Part shown: piece by piece, positions 24,481-38,314 of the stretch
Position numbering within the stretch: position 1 is the first letter of the stretch
Layout: every line of letters starts with the position of its first letter
From: Rhina ancylostomus
Lineage: Eukaryota
DNA: 64,000 nt
NCBI GenBank assembly: GCA_030265395.1
Contig: JARFYF010000002.1
Coordinates: forward strand, 81,230,795 to 81,294,794
Direction: 5' to 3'
The notes under the pieces: generated by a model
The model's input: the letters and a program-made list of their open reading frames with translations, nothing else
Databases searched by the model: none
Told to the model about the DNA's origin: nothing
Translations under genes and position numbers: made by a program

Positions 24481-25679
24481 GGCGCATTGGCCTGATTTTC
24501 TGTGGGCTGGGTTTAGTCCCAGATGTCCCACATCAGCACTTGGTTTGAGCAGAGGGATTCCAGATGGTCTGAGCCAGCAGGATAAGCCTTCCTGATATGA
24601 AGAATGCAGGTTCGGAGCTGGAGGAGACACAGGGAACAACTGTGGGTCCCATTCAGGAAAATCTAGATCACGAATATTCCAACATTGGAGCACAGCCAGA
24701 AGACCGCTGATACCAGCTGATACAGATATGACAAATAACGCTTGAACCCCAGACTTGGTGGCAGTAACATTGAGAAATGCAGGCAAGTGTCAAGGTGCAG
24801 GATATAAACAAGATATTAAAAAAGAGAAAAATGGGGTAAATTAAGAACTAATAATAACAGAAAAATAACAAGGAAATACACAGTGATGGAACTTGACAGG
24901 TACATCATTGGAAATGAGATACACTAAATGCAGCTTCAGTATTCACAATTCATATTTGCTTTAATCTTCTGCACCAAGCTTTCTCCAAATGGTTTCAAAA
25001 ATTTCCAAGGATGCCAGATAGAAACAGATGATTGCAAAATTGGGATATAATCTTCTCTACGACAAAGATAAGATAATGTCATGTTGGTAATTTGCTGCTT
25101 GCAACAGATTCAGTCATTTCATTGATACACTGCGTTGCATGTGAAAGCCCTCATGTTGGAAACAGGTAATTTGGTCTCTCTCTGCCTGTCAGATAAAAGC
25201 TTTTGCTTTCAAATGCTCACAAACTTTTATTCCTTCTTACATCTGATCTATTTGAAGAACATTGTATGCACTAACATATTTAATGATTTGTTTTTCCAGT
25301 ATTTTCTACTGTTTTGCTGATTCTCATTTTAAATAATCTGACACATTTCAGTTATAAAAAAGTATTTGTTCTGGAACCAAAAAATTAATGTTCCCTGTTT
25401 TGAGCAACAGTGACAAAAACCTCTGCCATTTTGTACCGCACTGTGTTCTGATGATTGGAGAGTAATGCCTATTTTCTGGTATGCATTGTAGTAGATTGAC
25501 ATTATTATAACTAAAGTTATTACAAATGTGGCTTATTGCATTTTCTGCCAATGGATAATTAAGTAATTCACTTAGAAAGATATTGCGATAATTAACTTTA
25601 ACAAACGAGAAATGAATTAGATGACCCATGACTTACAGTCTGCTAATGCCATCATTAGAACACTGCAGAAAACGGTAGA

Positions 25680-25870
25680 GAAGCAATGGAAAAGCCACAT
25701 TTCACAGAGGCAGAAGGAAAGATGTCTACAAATGAGGCCATGGCTAGAAAGTATCTGTATTTGCCACATCTATGCACTGAAACATGCAGGCAAGCATGGG
25801 AAGAAATAGTGAGTGATTGAATGCTATCCCTAGAAATAAACAAAGCACGATGAAGTTTCTGAAATTACTA
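25680..25870 (+). pseudogene. Relic of a Myb/SANT-like (NAIF1-type) DNA-binding ORF, probably from a Harbinger transposon
   Basis: Hand translation gives KPHFTEAEGKMSTNEAMARKYL...RQAWEEIVSD*, then a frameshift to NAI. Confidence 0.5.
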
Positions 25871-28800
25871 TAGAAAGAAGAAAAGCTGCTTGGTTACATG
25901 TACAATTCAGGTAGATCCCACCACCTGATGGGAGCTCAAGAAGAATAAGCATCAAATATGTTCTCCCTGGAATCTCAGGACTTTATAACACCCAGCAGCT
26001 AGCTTGTTGGTTCTGCATATCATTATAATAATTACCATTACATTTCAACACTGATGAAACAGAATCTTAAAATATAAAGGCAACAAGGTATGGAATCAGC
26101 AACATGTGAACAAATATAGAAGACCCAGATCATAACTTGTCTGCATTCAGTTTCACTACATTATTCCTAACAGAAACCAATAACACAACTCCTTAACCTG
26201 TAACACCCACCACTGATATCAGCAGAGGAAGGCTGGAAATCGTGGTAGCAATATTATCGACATCTACACAACATAAGCACTCACACCTCACTACAGTTAC
26301 TTAACTGCACCAGGAGGAAAAATATGTAAAGCACTCTACTGGTTCACAATTGACAACATTTAGCTACCATACAGCAGAAGTCACAGTATAGTGTGATTAT
26401 CTACTGGACAAAACTGCTAGGCAGCTTAAGATGTTAGAAGTAGGCAAAACAGACCTACAAACATGCAGTGGAGCAAACCATGCAGGAACTGCACACTGAC
26501 ATGCATAGTGCACTGGCCTTTTGCTTTACTGGAACAATTCACCATGGAGCTAAGATACGTAATCTTGTTAACAGTTTGCAATCTAAGCTCACTGAGGGTT
26601 TTAACAGCCTTAGTGAGGGATTGCAGACTACACCAACACATGCTTCTATGACATCGGAGCTACAATGCAAATTGCTCTGATTGTGGCTGTTGTCGACATC
26701 AGGGAACTGACCCAACAAAATCTGTGTGCAGAGATAGCAAAATGTTGGGCAATTTTGCTCTCCCGATAGGGTCCTTCAGAAATTAGATAGTATTCACATC
26801 CAATGCCAACCACCGTCAAGTCATTTAGGTAGATGCCTTCCAAAATTAGCAGAGTAACATTTTAGCATCTAGGATGAGGACTCTCCGGTTCCTTTCTGTA
26901 GCTGAGACTGCATTGAGTGACCTCTGTGGTAATTTAAGCAGGAGCCATAAGGCTATCCTCTTTACATGGTATAGTACTGAACAAGTAATTGCGTTAGTAC
27001 TACTCAGCTGCATCCTATCTTCCATCAATCCTATGAGTCTCTTACCAAACTGATCTGGATGGCAGTCCTTCCTCTACAGGCAGTGCCACTAATGGGGATG
27101 CAGGAAGATCACAGCCATCAATTCATGCAATTGTTAGGGAGCATTCTAAGACAATGAAGTGCCACAATTAGAAACTGCAGACACATAATTTTGAAAACAA
27201 TTTTAAATGTTTACTAGTTTATGACTTTTTATTATTCATTCAAGAAACTGAATTTTTCTATTAATCTGTTACATCTAAGTTTCGAGAAGCTTGTCTTTGG
27301 TATCTTTCAAGACATTAGTATGAAAATGAGGTAAATGAGGCAAAACATACTTTTAATCAAAAAATCAGTTTTATTACATCTGGATAACTCATTATCAAAT
27401 TCTTTTGGGTGAGAAAGGGAGGGACAGCTTTTAGTGAACAATGAATTATTAAAGTTTGAACTAATGTCTCACCATGGTGTCTCCCTGTCTCAGGATATGC
27501 GAAGTCCTCTTCATCCACTGCAGGAACACAGCCATTCTTCTCGTATGTTGAGATTAATGCTCTCCTAGATTGCAATGTTAGGCAGAATCCACAAGGCATA
27601 TTTGTGTGGTGAATAATATACAGTAACTCCAGAAGGGTGCAAAACCAAAATGTATTTATTTAACAGCTTATATTTGTGTGCCTAGTTATTTCTGTACTCA
27701 GCCTAGATTTACAGCAATCCAAAGGTGTAACTCGAAATCCCACCAGTCAAGTAGTGGTTCTTCCATTCAATTGAACAGGATGGAAGGCTACCTAAAATTA
27801 GGTCATGTGATAACACAGAGTATGTTTGGTAAAGGAAACATTTGCTATTGACAAATGCCACTAGATTTGACTGGCTGCACCCATAGTTATGTTTGGGCAC
27901 TACTAACCCCTGATAATTCTCTGGTAGACCAACAACTGTATTTCAAATGCTTTCTCTGTAGCTAACTGTTTCTATGCCAGTTTACTGGGTCACAAAGGGA
28001 CATATTATCAGTGCAATATCACCGAGTTTCTTCCATCCACCTTTAGGGAGGTTGTCTGTCCACAAGGACCCCATTATCACCTGACTACTCAAGGCTGGTT
28101 GCACATATTTAACTGCACCAAGTGGGTGGACAAGCAAAAGACAGCATGGTTCACAGACAACAGTATATAGCTACTGTATAACAGGAGTCAATGATTGGAG
28201 CAACTGACTGCAGGACAAAAAATATTATTTAAAATACATAACGTTTCAGGAATTGACTAAGCACCTGAAGCTACTAAAAATGAATTAAGACCTTGCGCCA
28301 ACATTTAACGGACATTGTTTAATATTATTCTGCATATCCAATAAGCAAAACATATTTAATTTCTGATTGTACTTCAGAATTAACCTTCCTTCTTTCCCAC
28401 CTCAACCTCAGATCTTCTTTATGCAGCTGACCCCAGTCATCTGTCATGCGGTGGCATAACTGTTGAACTCAAGACAAATCTGGACTATGTTTTATTGAAA
28501 AAAAATCAGAAAATGAAAATTTCATTATTCAAATGACACATATTGTCTACAATTAGTTCAACTGGGGGATTCAATTTGATAATGGTGACAACTAAGTGAC
28601 ACCTATCAGAAAATATGGCACTCTTAATATCTTTTAAAATTATTCAGAGCTGAAATCAGCTATTTCCTATGGCAATTAAATGTATGCACAATAACAGACT
28701 GACACACCCTCCTCCCACCTGTTATGACAGAGATTCATTTTGTGCTTCTTTGTATACATAGAACCATTTTCAGTTAAAGATTGTGGATAAATCTAAAGCA

Positions 28801-30934
28801 TAATGAATGAGATGAATGTACATTACTAAATTTGCAACTTTAGCAATATTTGAGAGCTTTCTGGGGGATTTGAAAGCATTTTCCCTTTGAATCCTTCTCA
28901 AAGGTTAGGGAAGAACTTAGCTTGGACAAAACTTTTTTATTTTGAATACTACAAATCAAACTCAAGCAACATCAAAATACAAATTCAGTCACACCAACTG
29001 AGCTCCACCTCTTTATTAAAAATTGTAGTACAAAATCTATTTTCCATATGGCATATTCTACCAAGAGTATAATGTATTTGAAAATAGGAGCTTCTTAAAT
29101 CCACCAGGCAGAAGGTCTTGGGACCACCCAATAGATAATGAAATCTCCTGGTCCTTAGTCCTGAAGAAGGTAAACAAACTTTCCACCTGTAATCAGATGA
29201 AAGAGAACCAATTCAAAATTCTTGACAGAAACCATTCACCTATTTCTAGCTGAATAAAACCTCTCGAATAAAATGGCCAATGGCAAGGATGTAAACCTGA
29301 AATAGTGCCAACCATCTCTGGTCACCCATGAATTTGGAACATAGGAAGAGCTGAAAGGAATTTTGCCTCTTGAGTCAAATAGATCATGCTGAGGCCAAAG
29401 ATCAGTTTGCCATGTACTTTATTTAAACTACTATAATGTTTAAGTTGTACCCAGGGTTCTATAGATGATAAAAATGTAGTTTCATTTCTTCCACAAAATA
29501 CATTTTTTTTGGCTTTCAGAATCATCTCAGTAAAGGAGTCCCTTTCAAGCCTGAACAATTTCAATAGACTTTACAGTTTGTGAAAAAGATGTAATTTTTC
29601 CAATCTAGGTGATATTTTAACATCTCAGTGTCTTTGAGGTAAGGGCACCATGTAAGTGACCACAGGGTCATAATGCACATTTTCTTCCAGTCAGTTACAG
29701 AATCTGATCTGATGAACACCTACCTAATTAAAATACTGAATGCATTTATGTTTAAAAATGTAATGACCTAGAAACGCAAGCACAGAACTTTTGTTTCCAG
29801 TGTTCTGTAATGAAGCCAACTTTACCTCCGGTGAAAAGCAGTGATTGTCATTTACAGGTCAAACCAGATATTCAATCAGCACTCTCCTGCAGCTGACACA
29901 ATTTCTGCAACAGTTGTGCAAAGGATTCCCTGTGCAGGAGAAAGAAGGCCAAGTCTCAGTTCCCCAATCACTGCCCTGGTATGATTTCTACTCTGAGCCC
30001 TCCCACCCCCCAACTATTCCAGGCTTAAACTTTCAATCAGACCCTCTGCCCAGTCCTGATCCTTCACCCACCCTCCCATCCTGGCATCCATGTTCAGACA
30101 GATAACAATTCCAGGCCCAATCTCTATGCAAGACCCCATGCATCTACACCCCCAAAATACTAGCCTCTAACTTTGTTGGCCAACCTGATTGCAAGTCAGA
30201 ATCCTCAACTCTCTCCTCCTCAAACCTCCTGGGTTTACCTGGGCCCCATGTGGTATACTTAGGCTTCAGGGACTACTGAAATTTGCTGAGGCACCACAAA
30301 ACTGGAACATCCATTAGTGCATCACTACTTATCCATTTGGGTGACCAGAATTTCTAGGCAAATGTTCTATCAGCTTGCTGCAACAACATTCAATTCCAAA
30401 TATTTAAGCCAAAACTTATTCCTTTGTCATTATTAAAACCCATGGTGTAGAAATTCATTCTTAGTTACTTGTGCTCAATCAATGATTTAGTAGTAGTAAA
30501 GCACTGTATTCCATTTCTGAAATCTGATTCTAGACTTCAATGGAACTGAACTGCAGTGGTGCATCACAACATACAACATGTTATTATACTGCATATTTAG
30601 TAAAAGCACCAGAGAATAAGTTTCTACTCCACAACCAGTAGATTATCCTTTTGTTGTTTGTGGGAATTTATATATTACAGCCATCACTTCATTTCAAAAA
30701 ATATCTCAATGGGTACAAAGCATTTTGTGATGACCTGTTCAAATTCATTTTTTAAAATCTATATTGATAAATATATGCAACATATTGGATGTTATGCAAA
30801 GTCTTAGGTCACATCAGTGCTAAAGATTCTACAATTGACATTGAGTTTCTCTCCTAAAATTAGATTTCACTGAAGACAACTCTCATGAATAAAATATGCA
30901 ACCAGGAACAAATTTCCACGCCACAGTCTTTCAA

Positions 30935-31545
30935 TTAAGACATAAAATTGAGGCCTCATCTGCCTTCTCAGATGGACATAAAAATCCTTGAGTTACTGTT
31001 ATAGAATTGTACACCATATAAACAGGCCCTTCGGCCCACTGCTCCTATGCCGACCATCATGCCCATCTGTACAATTCCCACTTGCCTGCATTACTTCCAC
31101 ATCTCTCTGTGCTCATTTAAGTACCTGTCCAGATGTTTCCAAAATGTTGTTACTGTTCCTGGCTCCACCACCTCCTCCTTCCAGATACCAATGATTCTTT
31201 GTGTGAAAAATTTACCCTTAGATCCTCTTTAAACATCTCACCTTAAATCTATGCACTCTAGTCTTAGACACCCCTACCATGGGAAACAGACACTGGCTAT
31301 CTACCTTTATCAATGCCTCTCATAATTTTATACACCTGAGAAAAGCTGAGGTTTTCTCTCAACATCCCAACTAATGTTTGTCCCACATTCAACATTACTT
31401 TATTCAAAAGTCTGGTCATTATCTCAATTCTGTCATCAGACCCTACATTGCAAGTCACTGAAATCACTACACTTACAATATTCCATATGCTGCAAAATAT
31501 TTTGGGAATGTCCTAAGATAATAAAAAATTGAAATAAATGCATGA
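30935..31545 (+). mobile_element. DeuSINE body interrupted by a minus-strand CR1 3' fragment (about 30995-31335)
   Basis: 'gaggcctcatctgccttctcagatggacataaaaatcc' lies before the CR1 and 'tctggtcattatctca...actacactt..ttttgggaatgtcct' after it. Confidence 0.65.
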
Positions 31546-31929
31546 ATATTCTTTAAAATAAAAGCCCACCATGATCAATTTCTCTATGAATAACCTATCT
31601 TATTTCCCATTCAACTATCAGACAAATAAATTTTAAGCCATAGCGTGCCTCTTGCAAATAACGCTTCCCAGCATGCAGCCAAGGAAACTACCCATTTGAA
31701 GTTCTGAAGTGGGTTATGGAGGCTCACCACTTTATCTTAGCCATTACTCCTACACCCAGTTTTCCTGCTGACCTCGGGTAGAATTTAGGATCAGCGAGCA
31801 ACAATCAGGGAATTATGGAGCAATTATGGTGCAATTCTGCTGCCTCAAATAATATTCAAATTTTAATTGATTACATGTATCTTTATTTATGGAATTATAC
31901 ATTAAAACATTTAAACAGGACTTTTGCCT

Positions 31930-33150
31930 AACTGTATTAGAATTTTTATTGTATGAACCAACTATTTTAAGCTCATTCCCCTTTTTGATCTCCATATTGT
32001 TTAAAATTTTATTTAATTTCTCCAATTCCTTTAATTAACAAAAAAATGCCTCATTTCATATTCCACATCCTAATTATTCCTGGGGTAAAGGATATTTCTC
32101 TAACATTCAATTAATTCTTATGATTATCTTCAATTAGTATCCTCTTGGTGTCATTTCACAGACCAGTGAAATAGTTAACTATAATTCACTGTCTCATTAA
32201 CCTGTCAAATCCTGAAAAATCCTATCAAGTAGCATTACTTTCTGAACTTTTGTAAAAAAGGCATCAACTCTGAAGCATTACTCATAATTCTATCATCTAG
32301 TCAACAAGTTTAACATTACCTCTGCATCTATGTGTAGTTATGAGCCAGATCATTTTATTTGGTGTGTAGTCCACCCTCCATTTGCCCCCTGATTCATTTG
32401 CTTAACCTGGGGTCAATGAATGATTGTCTCCTGCTGCAACAAGGACCCTGATATAGCATACAGGCAGCTTCAAAAGTCCAGCTGTGCTTCAATGATGAGA
32501 ATCTGGAACTTGATACCAGTAAATGCCATCATTTGCATAAGGTGAAAGGAAAGGATGGAAGGCTAGGTGGAGAGGCAGAGATATATGGTGGCAGGAGACC
32601 TATCGAGTTGATGGCCCATTCCTATGCTGTAAAACCCTGTTTAATTCTAAGGAACTAAATTTTCTCCTTAATTATTTTATCAACCCTTGTTACTTTATTA
32701 CTTGAAAATCTCAAATCACCCCTTAATCTTCTCCAGAGAGTGTACCCCCCCCCCCCCCCTTGCCTAGCTCCTCCACACAATCGAAATCCTGCAACCCAAA
32801 ACTATTCTGGAAAATCTCCTGTATAGTTTTGCCGTGGTGTTGACTTGTCTGCAAAACTGTAGTGTTTAGGATTGAACACAATACCACTCCATCTTGGGGC
32901 CTTATCTGCAATTTATATGAAGTTTAGTCCTTGCTTTTGTGCACTTAGTCTCTGTCTCTTTACAAAGCAAAGGAATCTTTATGCTTTTTCTACAGCCTTC
33001 TTTTACAGCTGCTTTCAAAAATTTCTATCCATACATCCTTTGCATTCTCTCTGCTCCATAACCCCAGTTTGAACTGCACTGTTTATATTTTCATCCTTCT
33101 TACCAAAATACTTCAGTGCGTCAACTTTCATCTGCTTTCTGTTACCAGCC
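31930..33150. mobile_element. Several heavily decayed CR1 3' fragments on both strands
   Basis: CR1 tail at about 32500-32640 (+); a QIRPQDGVVLCS/EELG relic at about 32720-33130 (-). Confidence 0.55.
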
Positions 33151-36100
33151 TGACTGAGAGGCTGTGCCTAGCAGCAGTCTGCACATTAAATCTACAATGA
33201 CATAGTGGGAACTCTGTTATCAGATATATACTCTGTGCTATTTTGGATAGGAGCATCAAAGAAAGTTTTAACCTATAGCTTTAGATATGAATCCATTGGT
33301 ATTGTCAACAACAGCCTTCAGAAACTTTTGCTGCCACCTTTAACCACAAGTGTATTTGCACAGTATGGTCCTTTTGCACTAATCCACTATTAAAAGTCTT
33401 GCATTTAAACTACTTCCAAACACTATTCTTACTTTTAAAACATATTGCTTCAAAAATTTCCACCTTACTATCCAGCTGTTCCATTTCTGATGGCTTTGTT
33501 GGTCCATTTACATTCAGCAGTCTAACACAATACTCATTAAAACTTACAGTTTGCCATTTTCCTCATAATTTTTGGAATCGACTAATTTTGATATTGCTAG
33601 AATACAAAGCCCAAATTATTCATGCATTTTTTGAAAAGCAGCCAAGCAAGTATATAGTGACTTGGCTTCTAAAGTCAAATCACTCAAAAGAGATTTCTGA
33701 AAAAAATCATGTTAATTTGTCCTCTTGTGCAAACATCATAAAGCAACAAGGAACATTTATTAATTGTTAATATATAATACCTTTATTCAGATGTTTATTT
33801 GGTTCCATCTTAGTGTCAAAAACTGGAAAGGGGGATTAAAAAACCCTCAAAAATTGCAATTTATATTTAATTATAATTAAATATATAATTTATAAATATA
33901 TGTAAATTCATATATATAAAAGTCAGCAAAACAAATGACTGAGAAGAAAGATTAGACAAAATGCCTAGGATAATTTATACAGTCTTTTGATGTACAAAAG
34001 TCACCCATCAGACAGCATCAAGTTCAAGACAGGATGTTATAACTAAGGTCTGGCCAAAAATATTTACCCAATTTCAATTATTGTTTCAGTTAGGCATGAA
34101 AGCACATTTTTTATTTACTTATACAGCGTATGCTATAGTATGTGAGACTCAGGAGAGAGTATAGACCAAGTTAAAAAAATGCAAGAAAATGCCATAAAAA
34201 TGCATCAACTAGAAATATCCAGGAATTTATGGCGGTAATCAGAAAAGAAATTGAAATAATAGTTTTTATAAATTACCAAGAGAAATTTCTGTTTGTAATT
34301 AATAATAAAACCTCAAATATTTTACAGCTGATAGTCCTTGCTTAAGCTCCATATAACTCCTAGATGAAAATTGTTTTCTATACAACATCATGGCCATAAT
34401 TTTCTAATTGGCAAACCAAATTTTACTTTGCACCTTTACACTTTTTCATATGACATTATATATGCCTATAATTTTCATTGTAGACACAGATTACCTTGTC
34501 ACGTGGCATAATCAATAGATCTTCAGAAAATTGACACAGCAAGAGAAGCACAAAGTTATAGCACAAACTGACAAAAACTTGGTAATTGCACAATGTCATG
34601 TCCCCTTACTGTTTCTCTTTTACATCACCTGAACCTTTTTAACTGTACTGTATAGCTGCACACGATACACTGATCTAAACTATTGCAATATTGCTGGTGA
34701 TGGGGTAGTGCTAGAAGCTGTTCAAGATGCACATTGAGTAATTTAGAGCATGCAGGAAAAAAGGGGATGGCCAGTGAATAATGTGCAAAAGAAATTATTT
34801 AGCTTTTTTGTGCAGAGGTCTTTATAATTGATGCAAATAACATTCTTAAGGCTGCTGTTGACCTTTTATAAACAATGTCAAGATGTTTTCTGCTGTATAT
34901 TTTTGGAATACAAAGCAAGTTCTTTATACCTCATGAAGAGATTATTTTCGTTCCAAGCAAATTATGTATAGTGTGCAAAATATGGATATTGTAATTAGGG
35001 CACAATTAGATTCCCTGTTTACATTATTAGCAATTATGTAGGTAGGACNNNNNACCATAATGAAAACTGTAATTTCTTTCCAAAGTGCAAACAACTGACT
35101 GAATGATTTCAGCTTACTTGTGCACAGTAAATGTAATTTTATTATTGTGTACAAATAGTTTATTGTTTGTCGATTTTGATGGATACCCATCTGCAACTAA
35201 GCATGTGTGATGGACAATCTAATTTATTTCATTTTTTTCTTGCCCTCTTTTTATGAAGCCAAGATGTTCCATGGTGATAGTTAATCTTTGGTGAATCAAT
35301 CAAGCACCCACTGTTACTACTGCTGGTCTGTCATCCAACTAGGGAAGACATTACAACCAAGCCAATGTTCATCATCAGTCATCTAGATTCCAACTATGCT
35401 TCCTGCTTTCCAATCAGAAGTGGAAACAGTGGGTGATTTATATCTCCCTAACCCAAGGGGGTTTTGGACAATCTTCATTATCCTATGAGCCATCAACTCA
35501 AAGAATGATACAGAAGTTCTGTTGTGATGTATGTTTCCATAACACAAATTAGATATAATACATAGATGAATTATGGAACACTATATTACATGGACCAAAT
35601 TGGTTATAACATGATTGTCTCCCAAGAACACAGGCTGCTAGTTTTACCGTGGGACACCATTGACAAGCAATTGCTTATATTGATACTTATGCAACATTCA
35701 GCCTTTAGCATTTTCAGCCTGCAGTAACAAAATAAATTTATAGCTACTAAAAGCATCTTTATTCTTGAAAATCCTGTAAGAAAAATAACTTTGTTGCAAG
35801 TCTGAAACTCTCTAGCCTGTAATGCCCTTTTTCCTATTGAAACAGTTGTTTTTATAACACGATTTTCTATAATGCGAGGTTTCTTAGGAATGCAACTGTT
35901 GCATTACAGCAGAACTTCCTGTAATTCAGTCTGGGAGTTCCTCTTTTGTTTGGCTCATGAGCAGACTTGTTATTACTACGTCATTTGGATTGGAAATTTT
36001 GATTTTTTTTTAACTGGACAACTTGAAGCACATAGAACACCATTAAAAACAACTATATGTTGATGCCCACATTGAAATATTGCACAGGGAAATCTCATTT

Positions 36101-36754
36101 GAAAACAAGGAATTACATATTAAGCATCCACACTTATTCAATGGCAAGTCTAATATAACACACAGCATTTTCCTTTATGCAGTTTTCCCAATGATCAACA
36201 TTTTCCTTTATTATGCTATGAAATGTAAAAACCACCCACTTTACTAGGGTTTACAAATGTGTAGTTATTATGGACCTTTATATTACTTATTCAGCAGCAG
36301 AACTGCTACAGCATCATATACCAATAAATTACTGCAGTTTGCCCTTCATTACCAACATCATCTTTACTTACTTTTTCCACATCACTATGCACTGAGAGAA
36401 TTAAATAAATCCAGAGAAAAGCAGTAAATGATCAGGAAAAGCATACAAGTATAACTGTATAGCTCCAAGCATGGCACAGAACTGATGCGCTAACTAGAGA
36501 ACACTGGTTCTGGAAGAGACCCAAGAGTACCATATGGTAAGAGTCAAAGTCCATTATCTGGCACTGACTTATCATCCATATAGTGGAAGGAGAAATGAAG
36601 AAAGGAATTAATTGCCAAAGGAAACAGATAGATGGCTGTGTTTAGCAGTACAATGGATTTCTTGTGACCTCTGACAAAGGTGTATAACCCTTTTCTGTAC
36701 AAAACATCACAGAACACACAGTTATTCAGGATTAGATGTTATAATGATATCAAA

Positions 36755-37172
36755 TGTGGCTCAGTACCTGAGTAGTCAAAAGGTTGAGAGTTCAAGCTGT
36801 ACTCCAGAGATATAAGCTCTAAAAGCTAGATGCACAATCCAGTGCAATCATGAGGAAGTGCTTCATTACCAAGGGTAATGCAGTCCTTTTGATAAAATGT
36901 TAAATCAGGCTACATCCATCTATGTGCACATAAAAAAAATCCCATGACACCAGACTGAAGATGGCCAAGGGTGTTATCTCCAGTATCCTAGCCAATTTTT
37001 ATCCTTCAATCAATAACCCCCAAAGCATGTTATCGGGTAATTATCACTTTGTTTATGGAAGACTGGTTATGCCAATTGCCTGCCACATTTCCTACAATTC
37101 AAAAGCATTTCATTGATTAAAAAAACACTTTGGAACTTCCTAGCTTGGTGAAAAGCATAATATAAATGGAAG
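36755..37172 (+). mobile_element. DeuSINE (SacSINE1-like), near full length, decayed
   Basis: tRNA-like head (tggctcagt...gagttcaagc), a Deu-domain-like 'aaaaatcccatgacac..gaagatggccaagggtgttatctcc..cctagccaa' and tail 'tgaaaagcataatataaatg'. Confidence 0.75.
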
Positions 37173-38314
37173 CCCACTCATCCAGCTATGCAGAAAACAG
37201 CAACTATTTTAGTACCTTAAACTAGGCAACATTTTACTTACTCTATGTCACTTCCTTCCATTAGATTGAATTAATCTGGTTGTCAGTTAAACTGAATATT
37301 ACTTTTGCCTCAACAGATTTGCTCCATTACTGCAAAAGATTGGCTTGAATCAGTGATTCCATTTAAATGGAAGCAAATCCAGGATTTCCATTCACGTATA
37401 ATCAAATGTACAGGTCTGAACACACTGGCTAACAATGTGCTTCATCTCCAAGGCAGTCTGCTACTGGATTCTATGGATCCAGCACAAGGTTAGACATAGC
37501 AAAAGATCTGACTCCAATGACTCCAATAGGCAATGTAGAACTTCAACTCAACAGGGAAGAAAAGTTTCTTTTGTAATCTGGTTGTAATTTTGGACATAAA
37601 TTTTTGATTATTTGCATTTTTTTGTACTTTTAACTATTTAATTAATTTCTTTACATTTTAGACTTTAAATGACTGAATATCAGAGACCTTCTCTAAAATG
37701 TATCATGTGGTCAGTAGTCACAGTTGTCTGGGAGAACTGTGTGCTAACATAATAAAGTTATTTCTATGGATAAATGAAAAACAGAAAAACAGATGCTGCA
37801 TAGAAAGGTGAAATGTAACATATTCAAAACTTTTTCTACCAAGTAACTGATGCATCCTTAATAATGAGTGGTGGGTTCCTGTAACACGAAGATGAACTTA
37901 GACTTGGAAAACACTTTTAAATGGTTGTTTGCTTGTTGCTTGGCACAAAAACCTTTAACAGTAAACTATTTGGGATTTGAACATGTTACTAACAAAACCA
38001 AATTTGGTGACCAGAACCTCAGGTAGCTTTTTAGCTTTATGCCAGTGATGCACAACTTTGTGTGAGAAAAAACAAATTGACAATCCAAATCACTTCTGAG
38101 AGCCACTTACATGAATATGGATGCCCTGAACCTGCCAGACTATCTCACCATAGTAATTCTGATTGTTTCCAACATTGTATTCCAGCACTGGACAGCCAAC
38201 TCATGCAATGTCTCAGCAGTTACAGAAGCAAACCTGGATGCTGAACATTTGCCTGTTAAGGTTCAGCAACAGCATTACGTTTTTCCAGATTATTTGAGTT
38301 ATTCTGAATTCATC

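Noticed and set aside
29765-30359. Possible non-autonomous DNA element bounded by CCTAGAAA/TTTCTAGG
   Set aside because: It is only an 8-bp inverted match with no target-site duplication or second copy.
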